This document shows, piece by piece, positions 1-7,345 of a DNA stretch of 11,505 nt (position 1 is the stretch's first letter; every line of letters starts with the position of its first letter). The stretch is from IMG/VR virus record IMGVR_UViG_3300025713_000004. The stretch is one strand, 5' to 3'. The stretch comes from a virus (taxonomy: Duplodnaviria; Heunggongvirae; Uroviricota; Caudoviricetes). Position numbers and translations under genes: made by a program. Under the pieces are notes generated by a model that saw nothing but the letters and a program-made list of their open reading frames with translations, had not been told where the DNA came from and searched no databases.

Positions 1-2
1 TA

Positions 3-254
3 CATGAAAAAATTCAAGAATTGTTAGATATTGAATTTACTGCTACATTAGATACTGATGGGCAACCAACATCATCAACATCACCAAAAAGTTATGTTTT
101 AAAAAGCGAAGGATATGTTGGTCAAGTAATATCTGAAAGTGAATTTAATCATATGGTGAGTATTGTTAAAAGAGAAAGTTTTAATCCAAATGCATTAAGA
201 GAATTAAATGAATTGAAAAGAAAAGCAAGAAAAATGAAACCATTTGACTTGTAA
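3..254 (+). CDS. 3' end of a hypothetical protein (5'-truncated by the window edge)
   Basis: The frame is open from base 3 (HEKIQELLDIEF...KRKARKMKPFDL, TAA at 252-254), so the TTG at 21 used by the ORF track is probably internal. A hairpin terminator follows. No recognisable family motif. Confidence 0.75.
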   Translation, partial: HEKIQELLDIEFTATLDTDGQPTSSTSPKSYVLKSEGYVGQVISESEFNHMVSIVKRESFNPNALRELNELKRKARKMKPFDL

Positions 255-277
255 TTCCTAAATATTTTTTGATTTTG

Positions 278-320
278 AATTCCCCATAAGTTTTTTTTTA
301 TGGGGAATTTTTATTTTATC
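278..320 (+). terminator. Intrinsic (Rho-independent) terminator
   Basis: Perfect 12-bp inverted repeat AATTCCCCATAA (278-289) / TTATGGGGAATT (298-309) with an 8-nt loop, followed by a T-rich tract, 23 nt after a stop codon. Confidence 0.85.
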
Positions 321-342
321 TTGTTTTTAATCACATTCTTTT

Positions 343-358
343 GTATTTATTATAAATA
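343..358 (+). promoter_or_regulatory. Putative phage late promoter motif (GTATTTAT followed by TATAAATA)
   Basis: GTATTTAT at 343-350 recurs at 10973-10980 in the same context (after a terminator, before a gene start). TATAAATA at 351-358 matches the T4 late promoter consensus. Both are short AT-rich motifs, so position is the main support. Confidence 0.45.
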
Positions 359-410
359 AAATCGACCTTAAATGGTCGAATTTGTTAATTGGGGGTACGG
401 TCAGTAGGTT
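358..410 (+). promoter_or_regulatory. Structured 5' leader: TCGACC-TTAAAT-GGTCGA hairpin plus a G-rich tract
   Basis: 6-bp stem 362-367/374-379, extendable by AAA/TTT after one mismatch. GGGGGTACGGTCAGTAGG (391-408) is unusually GC-rich for an intergenic region here. Confidence 0.35.
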
Positions 411-465
411 ATGAAACTTGTGAACAATAAAAATAATAAAATTGATGGTATAAGATATTAATAAT

Positions 466-1611
466 ATGGCTTTTTTTAGTCGTCCAAATTTAGATGATGT
501 CCAATTTAAACAGTTAAGTGGTACTACATTAACATTATCAGGTAAAACAATATTTAATAATACTACAGGTTTAATATTAACTGATGATAATGATAATAAA
601 ATACCAATTGTTGTAACTGGTGCTAGTAATAATAAAGTTTTAACTTATTATGATGGTAAAATTGTATTAATGTCTGGTGGTAGTGGTGGTGGTGGTGTAT
701 ATTATAATAGTTCACCAACAACATGCACTGTTGGTGGTTTAAATTGTGGGACAGATATTTATGGTTGTGAAATTAGTAAAATTTTAGAATGTATTGTTGC
801 ACCAGTTTTAATGCCAACATTAACACCAAATTCATACACATTTACTGAAAAATCATCAACTAAGTTATATCAAGAGGTTGGTTCTGTTATTAGTAGTATT
901 TGTGTTTGTTCGATTTATAATAGAGGTTCTGTTACTCCTTCTTATGGTGGTACTTCTTATAGAACTGGAATTCCAAGATGTTATAAATATGATTATTACT
1001 GTCCTAGTTGTAATTGTTACTATAATATTTGTACTTGTGTTACAAACAGTCTTGTTAATACACCAAAATTAAATAATTTTCCAATTTCACATTGTTGTGT
1101 TAATAGAATTAGAGGAACTGTTTATTATTGTGAAGGTGAACCACCACATTATAGTAATGGTTGCGATATTAGTGGATGTACATGTCCTGCTGGTAGTCTT
1201 ACTTCTTGTATTAATAAAATTGGTGTTTATCCATATTTTTGGGGTGTGAGTAACCATACTGGTAGTTTTTCTAGTAATAGTTGTTATCAAAATTGTTTAA
1301 TTAATAATGCTAGTGGTTGTTGTGTTTGTCCGACAAATGGTAATGTGGTTGTTGATAATTATAATTCTTCAGAAAATAGAATTTGGTTAGCAATACCAAA
1401 TTGTGGTGGTTGTCTTAAAACAAAATGGCAGGGTGGTAATAGCCTTGAAAATAAAGGAAATATACCGAGTGAAACAGGATTGTTTGATAATAATTCTGTT
1501 GTTTGTAATGTTTGTATATCATCACCAAATTCATATTGGTCTAACGTTCCATATACTTTTTATATTAGTTCATATCCAACATCAATAAATTATAGTATGA
1601 CTTTTAGTTAA
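466..1611 (+). CDS. ORF1: Cys-rich virion structural (fibre/decoration-like) protein, 381 aa
   Basis: Long ORF with ATG and TAA. The N-terminal Q..x..TLTLSG motif is shared with ORF5 and is followed by a GGSGGGG linker. The domain after it (SP..T.GG...G....EILE..V.P...P...EVG...NRGS..P.Y.G...CP.G...GVYP) is paralogous to the ORF2 C-terminus. 28 Cys, all within aa 87-350. Confidence 0.8.
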   Translation: MAFFSRPNLDDVQFKQLSGTTLTLSGKTIFNNTTGLILTDDNDNKIPIVVTGASNNKVLTYYDGKIVLMSGGSGGGGVYYNSSPTTCTVGGLNCGTDIYGCEISKILECIVAPVLMPTLTPNSYTFTEKSSTKLYQEVGSVISSICVCSIYNRGSVTPSYGGTSYRTGIPRCYKYDYYCPSCNCYYNICTCVTNSLVNTPKLNNFPISHCCVNRIRGTVYYCEGEPPHYSNGCDISGCTCPAGSLTSCINKIGVYPYFWGVSNHTGSFSSNSCYQNCLINNASGCCVCPTNGNVVVDNYNSSENRIWLAIPNCGGCLKTKWQGGNSLENKGNIPSETGLFDNNSVVCNVCISSPNSYWSNVPYTFYISSYPTSINYSMTFS

Positions 1612-1631
1612 TATATAAAAAAATATAAGAA

Positions 1632-4250
1632 ATGGCTATTCAATATAATGAAAATATAAAAATTGCTGCTCCCAATCCATTAGATTGGAGATATTTAAGT
1701 AATAGAACATTAAATGGTAGTCAATTACCATATTCAGGTATTACAGAAGTCAATAATAAAATAATACCAAGTGAAAGATATACTGGTTTAACTGTTAATA
1801 TTAATGGAACAGAATATTGGTATAAAGATGGTATTGGTAATAATGATTTAGTTGAAAAAATAGTAGATGGTACTGGATTATTAAGTGGTTACATTACTGG
1901 TGCGACTAATTATGGATATTATGAAGGATTATCTAATATTCAAACATTGGAAATAGTAATAATTGGTATTTTTTCACATTTAAGTGGTGATTATGATTCA
2001 ACATACCCAAATTTTTATATTGATAATTTAGGTAATTTACAAATTGGTATTCCTAGTGATGGTAATGGTAGAAGGGCTTATTTATTGAAAAATAGTATTT
2101 ATGAAGCATCTTTTGTTTGGAGTGATTATGAGGTTATTGGTTCATATAAAATTGGTTGGAATTTGGTTGATGTTGATGTTTCAAAATATATTGAAAAATC
2201 AGTAAAAACAAGAATAAAAAATTATTACGGTTTACTTAATGAACCATATAATGAAATTACTTGGAATCCTAGTGCTGGTGGTTATAATAATGGTAGTTCT
2301 TTAATTATTTCAAGTGTTCAAGGTAATCTTAATGGTTTGGGTAGTGAAATTAAAATTGGAAATCCAATTTATTCACGTACTAAAGATAATTCTCTATATC
2401 TTAGAACAATAAAAACAACAACACCGAATATAATAAACATTTCACATGATGCTGCTTATATAGATATATCAGGTACAACAATTTGTGGTATTAATATAGG
2501 AAAAGCCAATGAAATATATTCAGGATTGGATGGTAATAATTTAAAATTTAGAACAATTCAAGGTAGTGGAAATACAACAGTAAAAACATCTGGTGATAGA
2601 ATTATTGTTTATAGTTCATCAGATGGTAGTAGTTCAAATTATGTGGAATGTGGTAATAATATTGGTTTATATATAGGGAAAAGTGGAACTCAAAGATTGT
2701 ATTTAGATTATTCTGATGATTATAATTTTGCTGGGTATTATGATTCGTTGTATAATAATTATTATATTAATTCTAATGGTGTTCTTTGTGTTGGTAAAAT
2801 AAATATTGGGGGTGTTGATGTTGGTAGAAGGGGATTTATTCATGAAACTAGTGGTGGTTCTATGAAATATACTTCTTTTGTTTGGAGCAATTACGAATCA
2901 CCATTAGCGAATTGTTATACTATGGGATGGATATTATTGTCTGGACATCTTGATTGTTTTATTGGTTGTAATGTATTAAGTAAATTACAATCATATTATG
3001 AATCATCAATACCATATACTGAAGTTTATTGGTCACCATATTCTTTTTATAATAATGGTTCTGAGTTATCAATAGAGGTTATTTCAGGGTCAACAATGAC
3101 AGGTAATACAATTTGTGTTGGTGGTCCGATTTATTCATATGTTGATAATCAAACAATGTATCTTAGAACTATTAATTCCAAAACCCCAGAAAATCTTAAA
3201 GTTTCTTTTGATGGTGCATTTGTTTATTTATCTGCCATTACTTCAGTTTCTAATGTTTCTACTTGTGGTATTGGCGAAAGTATTGTATATAATTATAATG
3301 GTAAAAATTTAAATTTAAAATCAATTGTTGGTAGTGGTGGAACACATGTTAAAACATGTGATGATTGTTTGATTATTTGTTCTGATTCTGGTGGTGGAAG
3401 TGGTTTTTATGAATTATCATCACCAGCAGCAATCACTCTTGGTGGTATTTGTCAAGGTGATGTTTTAACAGGTAAAACATCAAATGAAATACTTGAAATG
3501 TTATTAGTACCAACACTATATCCAACAATAACAAGTCCTTCTAGTAGTTTTACATTATCAGAATCGGGATTAAAAGAAATTGGATGCTTAATTTCGTGTA
3601 TGTCGGCAACTTCAAACTTTAATCGTGGGTCAATTTTACCAATTTATTGTGGTGGTCCGTCCCATTCTGTTGGTTTTCCAATATCACATAATTTACAAGG
3701 TACTTGTCTTAATACTATAATTTGTAGTGATTTATGTGTAAAAGTTGATATTTGTGATTATGAAGTTCAACAGGGTATTCAATGTTGGTCAGGTTCTATT
3801 AGTTATAATGCACCTAGTAGTCCACCACTTGATAGTCGTGGTAATCCAATGAGTGCTTGCCCATCAGGTACAACATCAATTAAAGCAAGTTGTATTAATG
3901 GTGTATATCCATTGTATGCCACAACATCAAATATTAATGTATTAACAAAACAACCATTAGTATCAATGTCAAGTAATTATGTTTGTATAAATTTAGTTAG
4001 TGAAGTTGGTGGTAAACAAAAATTTGAAATTCCGTGTGCTTGGTTATCAAGCAATGAGTTAGATGGAATTTCAACATTTAATACGACTAATAATTCTTGG
4101 GAATATGAATCGGGTTCTAAACAAGGCGCATTAACATTTTGGACAGAATCTTCTGAAACAGAAACAATTCAAGGTCAAACAGTTGATTATCGTAGATATG
4201 AATATAATGGTTCTGATAGAAGTAGTATATCAATAAGATTAGAATTTTAA
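1632..4250 (+). CDS. ORF2: modular virion structural (fibre/decoration-like) protein, 872 aa
   Basis: N-terminal PLD.RY...RY.G..V.....YW module, an internal ~250-aa tandem duplication, and a C-terminal domain paralogous to ORF1. The G/S/T/N/I-rich composition is typical of phage fibres. Confidence 0.85.
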   Translation: MAIQYNENIKIAAPNPLDWRYLSNRTLNGSQLPYSGITEVNNKIIPSERYTGLTVNINGTEYWYKDGIGNNDLVEKIVDGTGLLSGYITGATNYGYYEGLSNIQTLEIVIIGIFSHLSGDYDSTYPNFYIDNLGNLQIGIPSDGNGRRAYLLKNSIYEASFVWSDYEVIGSYKIGWNLVDVDVSKYIEKSVKTRIKNYYGLLNEPYNEITWNPSAGGYNNGSSLIISSVQGNLNGLGSEIKIGNPIYSRTKDNSLYLRTIKTTTPNIINISHDAAYIDISGTTICGINIGKANEIYSGLDGNNLKFRTIQGSGNTTVKTSGDRIIVYSSSDGSSSNYVECGNNIGLYIGKSGTQRLYLDYSDDYNFAGYYDSLYNNYYINSNGVLCVGKINIGGVDVGRRGFIHETSGGSMKYTSFVWSNYESPLANCYTMGWILLSGHLDCFIGCNVLSKLQSYYESSIPYTEVYWSPYSFYNNGSELSIEVISGSTMTGNTICVGGPIYSYVDNQTMYLRTINSKTPENLKVSFDGAFVYLSAITSVSNVSTCGIGESIVYNYNGKNLNLKSIVGSGGTHVKTCDDCLIICSDSGGGSGFYELSSPAAITLGGICQGDVLTGKTSNEILEMLLVPTLYPTITSPSSSFTLSESGLKEIGCLISCMSATSNFNRGSILPIYCGGPSHSVGFPISHNLQGTCLNTIICSDLCVKVDICDYEVQQGIQCWSGSISYNAPSSPPLDSRGNPMSACPSGTTSIKASCINGVYPLYATTSNINVLTKQPLVSMSSNYVCINLVSEVGGKQKFEIPCAWLSSNELDGISTFNTTNNSWEYESGSKQGALTFWTESSETETIQGQTVDYRRYEYNGSDRSSISIRLEF
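1887..3389 (+). repeat. Ancient intragenic tandem duplication in ORF2 (aa ~86-332 and ~336-586)
   Basis: Colinear conserved motifs in both copies: GRRA/GRRG, SFVWSDY/SFVWSNY, IGW/MGW, PYNEITW/PYTEVYW, YNNGS/YNNGS, PIYS/PIYS, YLRTI/YLRTI, TP/TP, GSG.T.VKT/GSG.T.VKT. Confidence 0.9.
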
Positions 4251-4261
4251 AATAAATAAAA

Positions 4262-6223
4262 ATGGGAAGAAGTTTAGGTACATTTAAATATTCTGCAAAT
4301 TATGAAGTAGCAAAAAAAGCACCTTTAGATGCAAGACAACTTGTAGATAGTTATTCTGATTTATTATTAGAATCTACTTGGTGTGATAGTGATGGTGGTG
4401 TTTGGTTGTATGATGGTGCAATCGTTGTTGTTTCAAATGATATTGATACTTCCAAGAATGGTGTTTATTGGTTATGTGATGCTTCTAATTATACAAGTGA
4501 AGATAGTTGGATTAATGTTGGTTATGATAGTGACTTTATTATTGAAAATGGTTTATCTTTAATTAATGCTGGTACAACAATAAGATTGGGTGGTAATTTA
4601 GTTACTGGTACAACAATTAATGGTTTAGGATTACATGGTTTTCATTTTGATTGTATTGAAAATTTTAGAATAAATTCTTCAAATCAATATGAATCGACAT
4701 TTAATATTGATAATAATGGCATTTGTTTATCACATTCAGGATTATCTCTTTCTTTATCTTGTAATTTTGGGTTAAAATATGATGATTGTTATCATGATGT
4801 GTTTGAAATACATAGTATTCCTGATGTTTCATATGTTACTGGTATAACATCTAACATTTATAGTTGTTTTAATAATTATTATACGAAAACAGAAATTAAT
4901 AATTATTCGGGTAATACTGATGGTAGAATTAGTTTTTTAGAAGATAATATTATTACGGGTGTAACATGTGTTGGAAGTGGTGTTATACCATATGTTGATG
5001 TTCATGAAAAGGAGATTATATTTAATACAATTAAGGGTAGTGGTGGTACTAAAGTTAGTAAAGTAGGTTATGATATTATTATACATTCAACAACTGGAAG
5101 TAGTAGTGGTGGTGATAGTGTTTTTGATTATGATATAGAAGTTAGTATATGTGAAGGAAAAACTTTTGGTAAATATCTAAATGGTGATGTTATACCATCA
5201 AGTGGTAAAACAGCAATAGATGTAATAAAAATGGCATTAAATGAAGAAAAAAAACCAACAGTTACTTTAACTTCAAGTGGTGATGATGTTCGATTTGGTT
5301 TAGTTGATAAAGAAATTAATTTATGTTTTGATTATGTAATTAATACTTTAGATGCTGATGTTGATTGTGTGTGTCTTGAATGGTATGGGGGTGATATTCT
5401 TGGTTGGACTGTATTAACTGAATCTGTTGATTGTAAAACGTTCAAACATTATATTAATGATAGATTTAATGCATGTACAAATTGTTTTAGATATACAGTA
5501 TATGATACTGCTGGTGCTTCAGAAACTGTATCGTATTCAGTAACACCACAACAATATACTGCACCAAATATAAACATATCGTTAAATGGTGATATTACAT
5601 CACCTGAAACACAAAATTCTAGGGAAAGAGGTAATGTTATTAGTTGTCCAAGTGGATATGTTTGTAGCAACAGAGAATTAGTTAATATAGTTGGTTGGTG
5701 TTTACAAAGATGTTATAGTGGTGATTCATGGAAAACAATATCATCGGGTACTAGTTTAAATGAACAATGTATTAATATTCCATCTGTTGAAGATAATACA
5801 ATAAGTAATAACGCTACTTGTATTAGTTATAGAATTTGTTATGAAGATGAATACACAAATGGTTGTGGTGGTAATCAATCGATTGGATTTAAAGATTATT
5901 CGTATTGGGGATTTAATAATACATATCCATTGAATAGCAGTCAAATTCAGACATTAGGTAATAAATGTTTTATGCCTGATGTTTCTTTAAATTGGAATAA
6001 TATTAATACACCCGCAAATAATTACACATATTATGTGTATCCAAGTAATTATAGTGATATAACATCGATAATAAAAAATGGTGTGGAACAAGATTTAGGG
6101 GCATGGAGTGGATTAACAAACGTTTCCGTTACTAATTTACATGGTGTATCGGTAAATTATAAAGTATATAAAACAAACGCAAGACAAGCATATGGTTTAA
6201 GTGATTGCATTAAAATAACATAA
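4262..6223 (+). CDS. ORF3: modular virion structural (fibre/decoration-like) protein, 653 aa
   Basis: N-terminal PLDARQLV...YDG..V.V....NGVYWL...W module. NGL..LGG.L...TTI and GL.Y...Y...S...YVTGITS modules are shared with ORF4/5, and a GSGGT.V linker is shared with ORF2. The C-terminal region is beta-rich and possibly Ig/FN3-like (inference). 25 Cys. Confidence 0.85.
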   Translation: MGRSLGTFKYSANYEVAKKAPLDARQLVDSYSDLLLESTWCDSDGGVWLYDGAIVVVSNDIDTSKNGVYWLCDASNYTSEDSWINVGYDSDFIIENGLSLINAGTTIRLGGNLVTGTTINGLGLHGFHFDCIENFRINSSNQYESTFNIDNNGICLSHSGLSLSLSCNFGLKYDDCYHDVFEIHSIPDVSYVTGITSNIYSCFNNYYTKTEINNYSGNTDGRISFLEDNIITGVTCVGSGVIPYVDVHEKEIIFNTIKGSGGTKVSKVGYDIIIHSTTGSSSGGDSVFDYDIEVSICEGKTFGKYLNGDVIPSSGKTAIDVIKMALNEEKKPTVTLTSSGDDVRFGLVDKEINLCFDYVINTLDADVDCVCLEWYGGDILGWTVLTESVDCKTFKHYINDRFNACTNCFRYTVYDTAGASETVSYSVTPQQYTAPNINISLNGDITSPETQNSRERGNVISCPSGYVCSNRELVNIVGWCLQRCYSGDSWKTISSGTSLNEQCINIPSVEDNTISNNATCISYRICYEDEYTNGCGGNQSIGFKDYSYWGFNNTYPLNSSQIQTLGNKCFMPDVSLNWNNINTPANNYTYYVYPSNYSDITSIIKNGVEQDLGAWSGLTNVSVTNLHGVSVNYKVYKTNARQAYGLSDCIKIT

Positions 6224-6253
6224 AAAATAAATATTAAATTAAATATTAAAAAA

Positions 6254-7288
6254 TTGGCATTAAGAAGAAGCGATATTGTAGAACATAATAATCCTAACTT
6301 AGCAGTTGTTGATAGTGACTTTGTAAAAGGTGGATTTAGAACAAAGGTTAATAATTTAACCGAGTTATATGATTTGTCATTAAAAATCGATGAACCAACA
6401 GCATCTGGTCAAATGAAAGAACATGCAACAATTGTGTATGTTATAAGTGAAAATGATTATTATGTGTTGGTTGATATTGATAACATTGATAATCACGATG
6501 GTTGGAAAAAATTTATTACAAGTGGTAGTGGTGGAACGATTATTGGTCTTACAGGAAGTACAAATGGTTTAACTGATAATAACAATATTGTTAGTTTAGG
6601 TGGGAATTTAATAACAGAAACAACATTAAACATAAATCAATTTAATTTAATATTAACAGGAACAACTGGAAGTGTTTTAACTACAATTAGCAGTGGAAGT
6701 TCGTCTTATGTTTGTACAAATATTAATGTTAATGAAATTATATTAAAAACAAACAATGATTTAAATTCTGCTCAAATTATTATTGATAAAAATACAAATA
6801 AAATAATAAATTGTGTTGAAAATGGTGATATTATATTAAGTACCTGTTCATATAGTGGTCTTAATGGTAAGATTTGTGTTTGTAGTTGTTCTGGTATTAT
6901 ATATGATAGTTGTTATCATGATAATTATACAAATCGTTCTTTAGTTGACAAAGAATATGTTGATAATAAATTAGATGGTATTAATGTTAGATATGCTGAA
7001 CCATTATATCCTTTTTATGCGGAAGAAGATGATGATTTGATTGCTGTTACTGGATATAGTATTAGTAATGAAGCATATGTTTATTTATTAGATAAACCAA
7101 AATTGGGTCAATGTGTTACGATTACAGATATTGAAGGATGTGCATTAAAATATCCAATTATTATTAATGGTAATGGTAATTACATTAGTAGTGATTCAGA
7201 TGATTTGGCATGTATTAATAGTGATTATGGTTCAATAACTTTAAGATATAATGGTATTTTTTGGAGTGTTGTGGCTTTTTATAATTAA
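6254..7288 (+). CDS. ORF4: fibre-like virion protein, 344 aa, TTG start
   Basis: N-terminal VDSDFVKGG...L...VYV....YY.L.....W module, NGL..LGG module, RSLVDKEYVD motif, and a C-terminal domain paralogous to the ORF5 C-terminus. The first ATG (M54) would cut the conserved N-module, which favours the TTG start. Confidence 0.8.
   Translation: MALRRSDIVEHNNPNLAVVDSDFVKGGFRTKVNNLTELYDLSLKIDEPTASGQMKEHATIVYVISENDYYVLVDIDNIDNHDGWKKFITSGSGGTIIGLTGSTNGLTDNNNIVSLGGNLITETTLNINQFNLILTGTTGSVLTTISSGSSSYVCTNINVNEIILKTNNDLNSAQIIIDKNTNKIINCVENGDIILSTCSYSGLNGKICVCSCSGIIYDSCYHDNYTNRSLVDKEYVDNKLDGINVRYAEPLYPFYAEEDDDLIAVTGYSISNEAYVYLLDKPKLGQCVTITDIEGCALKYPIIINGNGNYISSDSDDLACINSDYGSITLRYNGIFWSVVAFYN
6554..6616 (+). 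repeat. 63-nt dispersed repeat, copy in ORF4 (partner at 8837-8899 in ORF5)
   Basis: 54/63 identical nt by manual codon alignment (GSTNGLTDNNNIVSLGGNLIT vs GSTNGLTDNNGIVCLGGQLIT). Confidence 0.85.
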
Positions 7289-7345
7289 AATAATAAAATG
7301 TTAAAATAGTAAAAAAATAATAAATGTTTTAAAAGTAAGAATATT

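Noticed and set aside
673-696. (GGT)n run as a contingency microsatellite
   Set aside because: It is a triplet repeat encoding an ordinary GGSGGGG linker; slippage would not shift the frame.
7298-7332. Minigenes ATG-TTA-AAA-TAG (7298) and ATG-TTT-TAA (7324), and ATG-TAA at 10987
   Set aside because: Such start-stop pairs are common by chance in very AT-rich spacers; no supporting evidence of function.
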